Part shown: positions 10,520 to 21,471 of the stretch, piece after piece | Numbering within the stretch: position 1 is the stretch's first letter | Layout: every line of letters begins with the position of its first letter | Source of the DNA: Lutibacter sp. | GTDB lineage: Bacteria > Bacteroidota > Bacteroidia > Flavobacteriales > Flavobacteriaceae | Direction: 5' to 3' | Assembly: GCA_028696945.1 (NCBI GenBank) | Contig: JAQVGD010000001.1 | Coordinates: 1-59,990 of the forward strand | Length of the DNA stretch: 59,990 nt | Program-made: the position numbers and the translations under genes | Notes under the pieces: model-generated | What the model was told of the DNA's origin: nothing | Database searches by the model: none | What the model saw: only the letters and a program-made list of their open reading frames with translations

Positions 10520-11832
10520 TGATCATGTTAGCAGCAAATACAGTTAATACAATTTTCGCAACAGTAGTGGTTTTTTTAATTATAACACTCCTATTAATTG
10601 CAATATTGTTGTTTGTAAAACAAAAATTATCGCCCTCAGGCCCCGTAAAAATTATAATTAATGACAAAAGGGAGATTGAAGTTTCTTCTGGAAGTTCCTT
10701 ATTGACAACTTTGGCAAATGCTAAAATATTTTTACCTTCTGCTTGCGGTGGCGGTGGAACTTGTTTGCAGTGTGAATGCCACGTGCATTCAGGTGGTGGA
10801 GCGGCTTTGCCAACAGAAACACCAAACTTTAGCAGAAAGGAATTAAAAGAGGGAATCCGGCTGGCTTGTCAAGTGAAGGTAAAACAGAATATGGACATCA
10901 GCATTCCTGAAGAAGTATTCGGCATCAAAAAATTTAACGCAACAGTTGTACGAAATTATAACGTAGCGTCCTTCATAAAGGAATTTGTTGTTGAAATCAC
11001 TGAAGATATGGGATACAAAGCTGGTGGATACATTCAAATTGAGATTCCGCCTTGTGAAATCAATTTTTCAGATATTGATATTACAGCACATCCTGAAGAA
11101 CATGAAACACCTGATAAGTTCAAAGAAGAATGGGATAAATTTGCTTTATGGCCTCTGAAAATGGTAAATAAGGAAACAGTTGAACGCGCCTACTCTATGG
11201 CTTCCTACCCAGCAGAAGGGAATGAAATCATGTTGAATGTACGTATCGCCACACCGCCTTTTGACAGGGCTAAAAATGGTTGGATGAATGTAAACCCAGG
11301 TATTGCGTCATCGTATATCTTTTCTCGTAAAGCAGGTGATAAAGTAATTATTTCTGGACCTTACGGTGAATTCTTTATCAATGAATCTGAAGCCGAAATG
11401 CTGTATGTCGGCGGTGGTGCTGGTATGGCACCAATGCGTTCACATCTATATCACTTATTCAAAACCCTTAAAACAGGAAGAAAAGTAACTTATTGGTATG
11501 GAGGAAGATCCAAGCGTGAATTGTTCTACACAAAACACTTCCGAGATTTAGAAAAAGAGTTTCCTAACTTTAAATTTTATTTGGTGCTTTCTGAGCCTTT
11601 ACCGGTAGATAACTGGGTGAATAAAAAAGATATAAATGATCCTGAAGGAGACGGATTTACTGGCTTTGTACACAATGCAGTAATCAATGAGTATTTATCT
11701 AAACATGAAGCACCTGAAGATATTGAATTGTATTTTTGTGGACCACCATTAATGAACAACGCCGTTCAAAAAATGGGTCAAGATTTTGGTTTGGCCGATG
11801 AAAATATAAGATTTGATGACTTTGGAGGATAA
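10519..11832 (+). CDS. nqrF: Na+-NQR subunit F
   Basis: SACGGGGTCLQC 2Fe-2S motif, RAYSMA, GGGAGMAP, CGPP, C-terminal DDFGG. Confidence 0.97.
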   Translation: MIMLAANTVNTIFATVVVFLIITLLLIAILLFVKQKLSPSGPVKIIINDKREIEVSSGSSLLTTLANAKIFLPSACGGGGTCLQCECHVHSGGGAALPTETPNFSRKELKEGIRLACQVKVKQNMDISIPEEVFGIKKFNATVVRNYNVASFIKEFVVEITEDMGYKAGGYIQIEIPPCEINFSDIDITAHPEEHETPDKFKEEWDKFALWPLKMVNKETVERAYSMASYPAEGNEIMLNVRIATPPFDRAKNGWMNVNPGIASSYIFSRKAGDKVIISGPYGEFFINESEAEMLYVGGGAGMAPMRSHLYHLFKTLKTGRKVTYWYGGRSKRELFYTKHFRDLEKEFPNFKFYLVLSEPLPVDNWVNKKDINDPEGDGFTGFVHNAVINEYLSKHEAPEDIELYFCGPPLMNNAVQKMGQDFGLADENIRFDDFGG

Positions 11833-11887
11833 TATTTTTAGCGTCAACAAGTCACACGAAGCTTGCCAAATTGTTTTATAATAAACT

Positions 11888-11919
11888 AAAAATCCGATAC
11901 CTTTGTGTCGGATTTTTTT
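11888..11919 (+). terminator. Terminator after the nqr operon
   Basis: aaaaatccgatac-cttt-gtgtcggatttttt. Confidence 0.8.
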
Positions 11920-11937
11920 ATATAACCCATTTTAAAA

Positions 11938-12315
11938 ATGAGCAGACCGCTAACAACCCAGGAATTGCATAATTTGGCGATGAATATTGTTGGAAAAGAT
12001 TTAGAGGCCAAAGGCTATGAATTTATCGCAATCAACAGCCAATTAAAAAAGACCCCTCAGTTTGTTTGTATTGACAAAAACAAGACACGTTATTTTGTTG
12101 TTGTAAAGGTGGTTCCAATAGCCGAATACTATATTCCTTATGATGTTATTTGGATGGAAACCATTAAACTCCATGCAAAAAAGAACGATGCCAAAGTGCT
12201 GTTTGCAAATGTGGGGTTAGGAAACACACGCAATAAGGATCAAATACCTCATTTAAATGAAGAATACCTTTTGCAGTACGAAGGTTTGCAGATGTTGGAC
12301 GTAGAACTAAACTAA
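11938..12315 (+). CDS. Conserved hypothetical protein following nqrF
   Basis: 125-aa ORF; helix followed by GYEF and PQFV strands; no catalytic motif recognised. Confidence 0.7.
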   Translation: MSRPLTTQELHNLAMNIVGKDLEAKGYEFIAINSQLKKTPQFVCIDKNKTRYFVVVKVVPIAEYYIPYDVIWMETIKLHAKKNDAKVLFANVGLGNTRNKDQIPHLNEEYLLQYEGLQMLDVELN

Positions 12316-12437
12316 AATTCATATTGGTTAACCATAAAAAGAATATAGAAAAAAGATAAAAGACTATTGTTGTAGAGATCAATTATTTATCATATTTTGT
12401 TTTCCTTAAATATAATCATCTATCAAATATTAAACAA

Positions 12438-12462
12438 AAAAGCACGCCAATGGCGTGCTTTT
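12438..12462. terminator. Bidirectional terminator
   Basis: aaaagcacgcca-a-tggcgtgctttt between convergent genes. Confidence 0.85.
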
Positions 12463-12483
12463 CATAATTAATTATATTGTTAG

Positions 12484-13323
12484 TTACTCAACTTTGCTTT
12501 CCAATAATTTAAAGAATTGATCAAGTTTAGGCATTAAAACAATACGAGTTCTTCTGTTTCTGGCTCTTCCTTCAACAGTAGCATTAGATTCTAAAGGCAA
12601 ATACTCACTCCTTCCAGCAGCGATTAAGCGGGTTGGCTCAATATTAAAGTCGTTTTGTAAAACTCTAATAACAGATGTTGAGCGTTTAACACTTAAATCC
12701 CAGTTATCTTTCATATCTGATGTCCTAATTGGCACATTATCCGTATAGCCTTCAACCATAACTTCTAAATCTGGTTGTGCAGCAATTACGTCAGCAACCT
12801 TTTTCAATACGCGTTTTGCATCGTTAGAAATAACGTGACTTCCGCTTCTGAATAATAATCTATCAGCAATTGAAATGTAAACAACTGTTTTTTCAACATC
12901 GATTTGAATATCTTCATCAGAAAAACCATCTTTTAGCACACTTTTTAATTTAAATGCTAGTGCCAGATTCAAAGAGTCTCTTTTGGTAATTGCTTTTTGA
13001 ATATATTGTATATACTCATCTTTTCTCCCCATTTGAGTCAATGTTTCTTTAATGTTGTCTGAAGCTGATTTAGACAATACTGTTAAATTTTCAACATATT
13101 CTAATGTTTTTTCTTTGTCTTTTCTCAAATCAATCACTTGCTGATTTAAGGCATTGAGCTTGCTTTCACTTTCAATTCTACATTTCATTAAATCGGCTTT
13201 TGTGTCAACCAATTCCGAATTCGTTTTGTTGTAGTTGTTTTCCATTTCTGTGTATTTCTTTTGCGAAACACAAGAGCTTAAAAAAATAGATGCCAGAAGC
13301 ATCAAAATTCCAATTTTCTTCAT
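12484..13323 (-). CDS. OmpA/MotB-family peptidoglycan-binding lipoprotein
   Basis: Lipobox LSSC, coiled coil, VEGYTD, NWDLSVKR, RARNRR. Confidence 0.9.
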   Translation of the reverse strand: MKKIGILMLLASIFLSSCVSQKKYTEMENNYNKTNSELVDTKADLMKCRIESESKLNALNQQVIDLRKDKEKTLEYVENLTVLSKSASDNIKETLTQMGRKDEYIQYIQKAITKRDSLNLALAFKLKSVLKDGFSDEDIQIDVEKTVVYISIADRLLFRSGSHVISNDAKRVLKKVADVIAAQPDLEVMVEGYTDNVPIRTSDMKDNWDLSVKRSTSVIRVLQNDFNIEPTRLIAAGRSEYLPLESNATVEGRARNRRTRIVLMPKLDQFFKLLESKVE

Positions 13324-13469
13324 AATTTAAACTGTTTTTTAGTGTGAAACAAAAGTAAATAAAAGCGAGCACTTATTCTTAAATAATAGTTAATTTGTGA
13401 TATTTTTAAGAAAAATAAAACTTTATATTTACCATTAATTTTATCATTTATCTTATAACCATTAAAGTT

Positions 13470-14456
13470 ATGAAAAATTGTCTGTTTGTCCTAATTTTAC
13501 TGATATTTTTCTCTTGCAGAAATAATGAACCCAACTTAAAAATAATAGAAGGAAATGCCATTGGAACCACATTTACAGTTCGATATTTGGATACCGAAAC
13601 CAAAAATTATGAAACCAAAATCGACAGTTTAATTGCTGCCATTAACAAATCGGCTTCCACGTATATTCCAACTTCAGATCTTTCAAAAATAAATAAAGGT
13701 GACACTACTATTTTGGCAGATGAGAATTTGCAGGAAATTTTTATAAAATCGGAAAAAATTTATAAAGAAACAAACGGTGCTTTTGACCCAACTGTCGGAA
13801 TTTTGGTAAATGCTTGGGGATTTGGTCCTGAAGAACCAATTGAAAATTTAGATTCTCTGAAAGTACAAGAACTTTTAAAATATGTGGGTTTTGAAAAAGT
13901 AAAGCTCGAAAACGGAAAAATAAAAAAATTATATCCAGAAATTTATCTGGATTTCAATGCAATCGCGAAAGGTTATTTGGTAGATATGCTTAGCCGAATG
14001 TTCGAAAAAAATAGCATTGCAAATTATATGGTTGAAATTGGTGGTGAAATTAGAGCAAGAGGCCAAAATGAAAAAGGATTGCCATGGAAAATCGCCATTG
14101 AAAACCCAAATACTGACGGAAGTCGCTCTTTCGCAACCGTTATTGAACTTAATGATGAATCGATGGCAACTTCTGGTAATTACAGGAAATTCAAGGTTAA
14201 GGCAGATGGGACGAAATATGTGCACACCATAAATCCGAAAACAGGCTTTGCCAAAGAAAGCAATTTGCTGAGTGCATCGGTAATTTCAAAATCGGATTGT
14301 GCAGATGTTGACGGCTACGCCACTGCTTTTATGGAAATGGGATTTGAAAAATCGAAAGATTTTTTAAAAAACCATCCAGAATTAAAGGCTTTTCTGGTTT
14401 ATGTTGATAAAAATGATAAAATGCAAACGTATAAATCCGACAATTTCAACAATTAA
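13470..14456 (+). CDS. apbE: FAD:protein FMN transferase
   Basis: Lipobox FFSC, FDPTVG, DFNAIAKGY, EIGGE, ATSGNY, HTINPKTG, DGYATA; close to nqr. Confidence 0.93.
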   Translation: MKNCLFVLILLIFFSCRNNEPNLKIIEGNAIGTTFTVRYLDTETKNYETKIDSLIAAINKSASTYIPTSDLSKINKGDTTILADENLQEIFIKSEKIYKETNGAFDPTVGILVNAWGFGPEEPIENLDSLKVQELLKYVGFEKVKLENGKIKKLYPEIYLDFNAIAKGYLVDMLSRMFEKNSIANYMVEIGGEIRARGQNEKGLPWKIAIENPNTDGSRSFATVIELNDESMATSGNYRKFKVKADGTKYVHTINPKTGFAKESNLLSASVISKSDCADVDGYATAFMEMGFEKSKDFLKNHPELKAFLVYVDKNDKMQTYKSDNFNN

Positions 14457-14457
14457 T

Positions 14458-15222
14458 CTATTTAAAGCAAACCGGCAAAATTTCACCTTTTGTTAAACAG
14501 TATTTTTCAATAAGTTCCGAAGAAATTTTTTCTGAATAATTTACTTCGTCAACTTTAAATCCAACAGCTCTTAGTCTGTCAAAATAATCTTTACCATAAA
14601 CACGAACGTGATCATATTGTCCAAAATGTTTGGTGCGTTCCTCTGGATTTGTAATTGAAAAGTCTTCATAGGTTTTTTCTCTCTCTAAATCTTGCGGAAT
14701 TTGAAAAATGCCCATTCCGCCAGGTTTTAATACCCGATACAACTCGCTCATTGCTTTTTTATCATCCTCAATATGCTCCAATACATGGTTACAAAAAACA
14801 ACATCAAAAGCATTTTCTTCAAAAGGCAAATCGCATATATCCGCTTTTACATCAGCAATTGGCGAATTTAAATCGGCTGTTAAATAATCCAAATTTTTCA
14901 GATTCTTAAATCGTTTTAAAAAACATTGTTCAGGCGCAATGTGCAATACTTTTTTTGAAGCTGTAAAAAAATCGGTTTCATTTTTTAGATGCAACCAAAG
15001 CAATCTGTGGCGTTCCAACGAAAGCGTTCCTGGTGCCAAGGCATTTTTGCGCTGTTTTTCGTAACCATAAGGCAAAAATCGGCTAAAACTTTTACCGTCA
15101 ATTGGATCTGTAAAACGTGATCCCCTTAAATAAATTGAAATTACCGGACTTACCCAATAACTAGCTTTAATTAATATTGGACGCGGTATTTTGTTGAGTA
15201 TAAATTTGAATAATTTTTCCAC
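14458..15222 (-). CDS. Class I SAM-dependent methyltransferase
   Basis: VLHIAPE, FDVVFCNHVLEH, RVLKPGG, FGQYDHVR. Confidence 0.85.
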   Translation of the reverse strand: MEKLFKFILNKIPRPILIKASYWVSPVISIYLRGSRFTDPIDGKSFSRFLPYGYEKQRKNALAPGTLSLERHRLLWLHLKNETDFFTASKKVLHIAPEQCFLKRFKNLKNLDYLTADLNSPIADVKADICDLPFEENAFDVVFCNHVLEHIEDDKKAMSELYRVLKPGGMGIFQIPQDLEREKTYEDFSITNPEERTKHFGQYDHVRVYGKDYFDRLRAVGFKVDEVNYSEKISSELIEKYCLTKGEILPVCFK

Positions 15223-15540
15223 TTATTTATAATCTTCCCTAACTGGAGAAAAGACATCAGTTACTTTGCAATTTGTCAATGCTTTCCCGCTATGAATCAC
15301 ATTTGAAGGAATATTGGCAATCATTCCTGATTCCAAAACAGTAGTAACTCCATCAATAAGCAATTCCAGCTTTCCTTCAATCACTTGGGTAGATTGTTCA
15401 TGGATATGCGAATGTTCAGGCAGCATAGAACCTGCTTCAATCTCCCAAAAAGCGATTGTAAAACTATTGGTATGAAAAAAGCGGCCGTTAAACCCTTTCA
15501 TAATTTCTTTCTGTTCAATTTTAGAAATATCTTGAATCAT
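15223..15540 (-). CDS. Cupin domain protein
   Basis: PEHSHIHEQ...IPSNVIH; DVFSPVREDY. Confidence 0.9.
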   Translation of the reverse strand: MIQDISKIEQKEIMKGFNGRFFHTNSFTIAFWEIEAGSMLPEHSHIHEQSTQVIEGKLELLIDGVTTVLESGMIANIPSNVIHSGKALTNCKVTDVFSPVREDYK

Positions 15541-15551
15541 TATTTTTATAT

Positions 15552-16355
15552 TTACTGTCTAAACTCCTTTTCTTCATCACTTTTAATTCCCAAAGCCTCA
15601 TAAATGTAGCTGAAGGTTGAAAGCAATTCGGGTTTTCCATTTACAATGGCTACATTATGTTCAAAATGTGCACTTGGTTTACCATCTTTGGTTAAAATAG
15701 TCCAACCATCATTCAATTGGTTAATTTGCTGAGTTCCTAAATTTACCATAGGTTCAATGGCAACCACCATTCCTTCGGTAAATTTTTTGCCTTTTCCTCT
15801 ATGTCCATAATTTGGCATTTCAGGATCTTCATGCATTTCTTTGCCCAAACCATGTCCCACCAATTCACGAACAATTCCATATCCGTGTTTTTCGCAATAA
15901 TGTTGAATTGCATAACCTACGTCCCCAACCCTATTGCCTGCCTTAAACTCGCGTATTCCAATATACAGACTCTCTTTGGTTACTTTTAACAATTTTTTAA
16001 TTTCCTCTGCAACTTCTCCAACTTCAAAAGTATAAGCGTGATCTCCATAAAAGCCATTCTTTAAAGCACCGCAATCTATAGAAATAATATCTCCTTCCTG
16101 TAAAGGTTTGTTATTTGGAATGCCGTGTACAATTTGGGCGTTCGGACTCATGCATAAGGTATTTGGAAAATCATACAATCCCAAAAAACCCGGTATAGCA
16201 CCTTGATCTCTTATAAATTCCTCTGCCAATTTATCTAAATACAATGTGGTAACGCCTGGTTTTACTTCTTTAGCCAAAATTCCCAAAGTTTTTGAGACAA
16301 TAAGAGCGCTTTCGCGCATCAATTCAATTTCGGCTCTCGTTTTTAGTTTTATCAT
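15552..16355 (-). CDS. map: Methionine aminopeptidase type I
   Basis: VHGIP, GDIISIDCG, GHGLG, IEPMVN, SAHFEH. Confidence 0.96.
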   Translation of the reverse strand: MIKLKTRAEIELMRESALIVSKTLGILAKEVKPGVTTLYLDKLAEEFIRDQGAIPGFLGLYDFPNTLCMSPNAQIVHGIPNNKPLQEGDIISIDCGALKNGFYGDHAYTFEVGEVAEEIKKLLKVTKESLYIGIREFKAGNRVGDVGYAIQHYCEKHGYGIVRELVGHGLGKEMHEDPEMPNYGHRGKGKKFTEGMVVAIEPMVNLGTQQINQLNDGWTILTKDGKPSAHFEHNVAIVNGKPELLSTFSYIYEALGIKSDEEKEFRQ

Positions 16356-16521
16356 TCTCTCCTAAAATTTATACTGCAAAGGTACTTCAAAAAAATAATT
16401 TTTAGGCTTGGTTTTTCTGAAAATACCCTTCTTCAAAAAATAGTCCGAAAAATGATTTAAAACAGTTTTTTTGCCTAAAATCAGTTGTACATTTGTATTA
16501 TAATTATTTGAAAGATCGTTT

Positions 16522-17793
16522 ATGTATAAACCAGTTACCGCAGCAGAAGCCGTAAAAGTTATAAAATCCCACAACCGGGTATATATTCAAGCGGCTGCTG
16601 CTGCGCCACAAGAGTTGGTAAATGCCATGTCTGCACGTCATGAAGAACTTAGAGGTGTGGAAGTTTGTCATTTGCATACCGAAGGAGATGCGCCTTATGC
16701 AGATCCAAAGTACAAAGACAGTTTTCATGTTAATTCGCTTTTTATTGGCAAAAATGTACGTCACACCATTAAAGCCGGAAACGGTTCATATACACCGGTA
16801 TTTTTAAGTGAAGTCCCTAATCTATTTAAACGAAATATTCTCCCTGTTGATGTTGCCCTGATTCAAGTTTCTACGCCCGATAAGCACGGCTATTGTTCTC
16901 TTGGCGTTTCTGTGGAAGCTATTTTGGCGGTTATAGACAACGCAAAGCACGTAATTGCGCAAATAAATGAGCAAATGCCTCGTGTTCACGGCGAAGGTCT
17001 TATTCATATTTCTGAACTGAATACTTTTGTTGAAGTGAATATCCCCGTTCATGAACATACCTTGTCAGAACCAACACCCATAGAAAATAAAATAGGCGGT
17101 TTTATTGCGGAATTAATTGAGGACAGAAGTACGTTGCAAATGGGTATTGGCAGCATTCCAAATGCGGTATTACATAAATTGGGAAATCATAAAGATTTGG
17201 GCTTGCACACCGAGATGTTTTCCGATGGCGTTATTGATTTAATTTTAAAAGATGTGATTAACGGTAATTATAAAGGGATCAATGCCGGTAGAGCCCTAGC
17301 TACATTTATAATGGGATCTAGACGTTTGTATGATTATGTTGACGACAATCCTTTTGTTGAATTGCGGTCTTGTAATTACGTGAATGATGTTTCTGTAATA
17401 AGACAAAACCCAAAAATGGTCTCTATAAATTCGGCCATTCAAGTTGATTTAACCGGACAGGTTTGTGCCGATTCTATTGGAACGAGATTGTATTCTGGCG
17501 TAGGCGGACAAATGGATTTTATAAGAGGTGCCAGTTTAAGCGAAGGCGGAAAAGCCATTATTGCCATCCCTTCAATAACAGAAAAAGGAATTAGCAGAAT
17601 TGTTCCTTTCTTGAATAAAGGTGCTGGAGTTGTCACAACTAGATCACATGTTCAATACATTATTACGGAATATGGCGTTGCTAATTTATATGGAAAAACC
17701 ATTAGACAAAGGACGAATGAGTTGGTAAAAATAGCGCATCCTGATCATAGAGAAGCCATTGAAAAAGAGTTTTTTGAAGCGATCAGAATGTAA
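16522..17793 (+). CDS. Acetyl-CoA hydrolase / 4-hydroxybutyrate CoA-transferase family protein
   Basis: LQMGIGSIP, HTEMFSDG, SGVGGQMDF, TEYGVA, IAHPDHRE. Confidence 0.92.
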   Translation: MYKPVTAAEAVKVIKSHNRVYIQAAAAAPQELVNAMSARHEELRGVEVCHLHTEGDAPYADPKYKDSFHVNSLFIGKNVRHTIKAGNGSYTPVFLSEVPNLFKRNILPVDVALIQVSTPDKHGYCSLGVSVEAILAVIDNAKHVIAQINEQMPRVHGEGLIHISELNTFVEVNIPVHEHTLSEPTPIENKIGGFIAELIEDRSTLQMGIGSIPNAVLHKLGNHKDLGLHTEMFSDGVIDLILKDVINGNYKGINAGRALATFIMGSRRLYDYVDDNPFVELRSCNYVNDVSVIRQNPKMVSINSAIQVDLTGQVCADSIGTRLYSGVGGQMDFIRGASLSEGGKAIIAIPSITEKGISRIVPFLNKGAGVVTTRSHVQYIITEYGVANLYGKTIRQRTNELVKIAHPDHREAIEKEFFEAIRM

Positions 17794-17807
17794 AAAATAA
17801 CCCAAAG

Positions 17808-17849
17808 ATAAAAAGCTGGAATTTCACTTGTTGAAATCCCAGTTTTTAT
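17808..17849. terminator. Bidirectional terminator
   Basis: ataaaaagctggaatttca...tgaaatcccagtttttat between convergent genes. Confidence 0.75.
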
Positions 17850-17871
17850 ACTCAATATTATTTTAAATCCG

Positions 17872-19938
17872 TTAAAAATCAAAATACCAATTGAATACAT
17901 CAGTTTTTAAACCAAAGGAAATCCAAGTGGAATTTGATTCCGAAAAACCTTTAGCAGGTGCGATTGGATCAAACTTTCTATAAGTTAAACTACCAAATAA
18001 TTTTAAATTGGTGGCTGGATTTACCAAATAACCCAACTGCAAATCCCCTATAAAAATATTGGCGGTATTTCCCTGTCCAATTTTATTTCCATAATCTGAA
18101 ACTCTGTTGTCATTATCTGCAAAAACATCCCCACCGTAACTTATATTATCAATTCCGTCAGCAAAATCAAATCCCTTTTCTCCTACCACTATTTTTGTGT
18201 TTACAAACCAACGATTTTTGGTATAATTCATAATTGCTACAGCTTCCCTAAAATTAGCACCCCATAAATGAGCCAAAGGCTGGTTGTTATGCCCAAAGTT
18301 ATAATTTAATTCATCATGAGAATAGGTATAAGGGCGTACCGCATTAAATTCGACCTGCAAAAATAAATTTTCGATATGAAATGCATTGTAATATTTTGCC
18401 CCGAATTGCACCCCAAATTTATTGGCCCACCAACCATTACTTTTAGTCATTTCGCCTGCTCTAAAATCGTCGATAAGCAATTGTGAATAAAGCGTAATCG
18501 CTTTTAATTTATATTTTAAACTGAGTCCTATCGTTGTATTTCCAGCTCTTGAACCTGTAGCAAACTCCACCGCAGAATAAAAAATTAGCGGATTTATATA
18601 ATTAACATCGAATCCCCTGTCGTTTGCATCATCCCAAATAACAGTTTCAAACAATCCTATATTGAATTTTTTTGTAACATTCCAATCCAAATAATGCATG
18701 GCCATATATTTTTGCTTGTAAGCACCATCAACTGTTAATTCAGGCCTTACATCTTGCATCCACATAAAAAAATTGGTGTATTTAATTTTCCAGAAATTGG
18801 TTGAAATTTTAAAATAGGGATAAGGAGAGGCCACATCCGATAAAAATAAGGAGCGATAGCCATCGCCTATAAAGTTTTTGCCATTGCCAAACTGAAAGTT
18901 AAAATGATTGCTTGGGGTATAAGAAATATAAGCTTCAGCAACAGGATAATCATACGCGTCTTCATTAAATCTTTTGGCAATTCCTCGACCGGGAATGATG
19001 GCTGGATTTCCCCCTGAAGGTTTTATGGATTCGGAATATTCATTTACATAAGTTGCGAATCGACCTTGGCTTTCATAAAAACTTGTTGAAAAATTCAGCT
19101 TTTTACCAATTCCGCCATTTATCTGAATAGCGCGTGTATTGTTGTATGTTTTAACGTCCTCACTGTCTTTTCCAAGTTGTAAATCAACCACTGGATCAAT
19201 GGTAAACCAAAAATCCTTTCCCTGTACATAAGCCATATGCTCATTGAGCAGCTTCCTTCCAAACCAAGTAGATTTTGGGGTAATTAGCTTATTTTTTAAG
19301 GCGTCTAAATCCACAAATTCGCTTACTTCATTATACAAATAAGGTTTAACTGCAGTATGTGAATTGCTGGCACTATTTAAATAGGAGTCGTACGCATTGT
19401 AAGTTGTATGGGTAAATGGAATGTTTAATTCGCTTTTATGTTCAGGAAATAAAGTGGTTTTGGGTTCAACTGGCACTAATTCTTCAAGTTTCTTTGGAAG
19501 TACTTCTGCAACAACTTCCTTTTGTGCAATTACGTCTTCAACATTGTCTTCCAAAGGAATTTTTAAAGGAAACACAAACTGCATTTCAACAGAGTGGTTG
19601 TTGTATTTTGCTGGCGTTATTTTTGGAAACGTTTCAAAAACACGTTCAATTTCTTCTTTTAATTCTTTGTAGGGAGAATTTACATAAATAACTTTAAAAT
19701 TTCCAGAAGTATCCACTAAAAAAATAATATTGGTGGTTGCTTTAAATTTATCCGCTTTTAAATTTTCAGGAACTTTAAATTCAGAAATCATCCCGTTTTT
19801 AACCTGATTTCTGAAGCAATCTGCCAATTCAGAAATGGAAACAGTATCACATTCTTTAAAAACTGGATACTTTTCTATTTGAGAAAATACTGAAATAGAT
19901 GAAAGAAGCAGCAGAAAACTTAAAAACAGCTTGTTCAT
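17872..19938 (-). CDS. RemB-like outer-membrane protein with N-terminal TonB-C-like domain
   Basis: Signal peptide, EKYPVF..C and TPAKYNN..V domain, barrel region with GDGYRSLFLSD and PLAHLWGANF, C-terminal YFDF. Confidence 0.7.
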   Translation of the reverse strand: MNKLFLSFLLLLSSISVFSQIEKYPVFKECDTVSISELADCFRNQVKNGMISEFKVPENLKADKFKATTNIIFLVDTSGNFKVIYVNSPYKELKEEIERVFETFPKITPAKYNNHSVEMQFVFPLKIPLEDNVEDVIAQKEVVAEVLPKKLEELVPVEPKTTLFPEHKSELNIPFTHTTYNAYDSYLNSASNSHTAVKPYLYNEVSEFVDLDALKNKLITPKSTWFGRKLLNEHMAYVQGKDFWFTIDPVVDLQLGKDSEDVKTYNNTRAIQINGGIGKKLNFSTSFYESQGRFATYVNEYSESIKPSGGNPAIIPGRGIAKRFNEDAYDYPVAEAYISYTPSNHFNFQFGNGKNFIGDGYRSLFLSDVASPYPYFKISTNFWKIKYTNFFMWMQDVRPELTVDGAYKQKYMAMHYLDWNVTKKFNIGLFETVIWDDANDRGFDVNYINPLIFYSAVEFATGSRAGNTTIGLSLKYKLKAITLYSQLLIDDFRAGEMTKSNGWWANKFGVQFGAKYYNAFHIENLFLQVEFNAVRPYTYSHDELNYNFGHNNQPLAHLWGANFREAVAIMNYTKNRWFVNTKIVVGEKGFDFADGIDNISYGGDVFADNDNRVSDYGNKIGQGNTANIFIGDLQLGYLVNPATNLKLFGSLTYRKFDPIAPAKGFSESNSTWISFGLKTDVFNWYFDF

Positions 19939-19944
19939 TATAAA

Positions 19945-20526
19945 TTATTTCGAGATTTTTAGCACTTTATTTTTTTTTAATTGATACTTTTCTCCACTTT
20001 CCATACAAGTTGCCAATCCTTTTTCATCAAATTTTAAACGATGGCCATATTCACTGATCCAGCCAATTTGTTTTGAAGGATTCCCAACAACCAATGCATA
20101 AGGCAATACAGGTTTGGTAACCACGGATCCAGCACCAATTAAAGCATATTCCCCAATTTCGTTACCGCAAATAATGGTGGCATTTGCACCGATGCTTGCG
20201 CCTTTCTTTACTAAGGTTTCCAGATATTCATCTTTGCGAATGATGGCACTTCTCGGATTTATGACATTGGTAAAAACCATGCTCGGCCCTAAAAAGACAT
20301 CATCCTCGCAAATAACACCCGAATAAATAGAAACATTATTTTGTACTTTTACATTTTTCCCTAAAACCACACCAGGTGAAACAACTACATTTTGACCAAT
20401 ATTACAATTTTCGCCAATTTTTGAATTGGGCATAATATGGCTAAAATGCCAAATTTTTGTACCCTTTCCAATTTCACAACCTACATCAATTACGGCGGTT
20501 TCATGTGCGAAATAATTGTTATTCAT
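19945..20526 (-). CDS. Hexapeptide-repeat N-acetyltransferase (WbpD-like)
   Basis: [38 protein letters not shown]. Confidence 0.9.
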   Translation of the reverse strand: MNNNYFAHETAVIDVGCEIGKGTKIWHFSHIMPNSKIGENCNIGQNVVVSPGVVLGKNVKVQNNVSIYSGVICEDDVFLGPSMVFTNVINPRSAIIRKDEYLETLVKKGASIGANATIICGNEIGEYALIGAGSVVTKPVLPYALVVGNPSKQIGWISEYGHRLKFDEKGLATCMESGEKYQLKKNKVLKISK

Positions 20527-20592
20527 GAAATAAAGCTTGGTTATTGGTAATTTATACCTTTTTTACAGATAAAATTACCTCAGGTTAAAATT

Positions 20593-21453
20593 TTATATTT
20601 CTGTTGGATGCCAAGTAGTTTTAACTTCTTGTGTTTTTTCAATTATATAAGGGGACTCATACAATTCATTTGTCCAATCATGCTTTTTATAAAAAATTAC
20701 TCTTTTAACATTAAGACTTGCCAACTCACTTATAGATTTCATTAATTTTTCATCCGTTCCACAGTAAATAATTGAATTTACATCCATATGTGATGCCATT
20801 TGACCTGATAATTCCGCCTTTTTTCCTGTTAAAATATTTACCACACCGCCAGGAACATCAGAAGAATTTAACACCTCCGCAAAAGAAATGGCTGTTAGAG
20901 GTTTGGTTTCTGAAGCCAAAATAATCACGGTATTTCCTCCAACAATTGCGGGAGCCATTACCGAAATTAATCCCAATAAACTTTGATTTTCAGGGGCAAT
21001 AATGGCAACCACCCCAACAGGTTCAACACCTGAAAAATTGAAATGAGAACTGGCAACCGGATTTACCGCACTAAAAAACTGTTGGTATTTATCACTCCAG
21101 CCAGCATAATAAACCAGTCTGTCAATGGATTCGAGCACTTCGGTTTTAGCATTTGCGGCAGTTTCTCCTTGGGCAATCAATTCTGCAATAAATTGCTCTT
21201 TTCTTCCCTCAAGCATTTCTGCAATCCTATATAAAATTTGACCTTTGTTCAGCGCTGAGGTACTCGCCCAAGAGCTTTGGACATTTCGGGCAATTACAAC
21301 GGCATTTCTAAAATCCTTTCGCGAAGCTAAACACATATTTGCTATTAAATTTCCTTTGCTATTATTGATTGTAAAATATCTTCCAGATTCTGTTCTGGGA
21401 AATTTACCATCTATATATAATTTATACGTTTTTTGAATATCTAGTCTGCTCAT
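20593..21453 (-). CDS. Short aldehyde dehydrogenase-like protein lacking the catalytic domain
   Basis: KTYKLYIDGKFPRTESGR, YYAGWSDK, EPVGVV, GVVNILTG, KTTWHP; no ELGG or catalytic-Cys segment. Confidence 0.85.
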   Translation of the reverse strand: MSRLDIQKTYKLYIDGKFPRTESGRYFTINNSKGNLIANMCLASRKDFRNAVVIARNVQSSWASTSALNKGQILYRIAEMLEGRKEQFIAELIAQGETAANAKTEVLESIDRLVYYAGWSDKYQQFFSAVNPVASSHFNFSGVEPVGVVAIIAPENQSLLGLISVMAPAIVGGNTVIILASETKPLTAISFAEVLNSSDVPGGVVNILTGKKAELSGQMASHMDVNSIIYCGTDEKLMKSISELASLNVKRVIFYKKHDWTNELYESPYIIEKTQEVKTTWHPTEI

Positions 21454-21471
21454 AATCTTTCCTTAAAATAA

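Noticed and set aside
12484-13323. Flagellar motB
   Set aside because: Lipoprotein signal, no motA or flagellar genes nearby; a generic OmpA-like peptidoglycan-binding protein fits better
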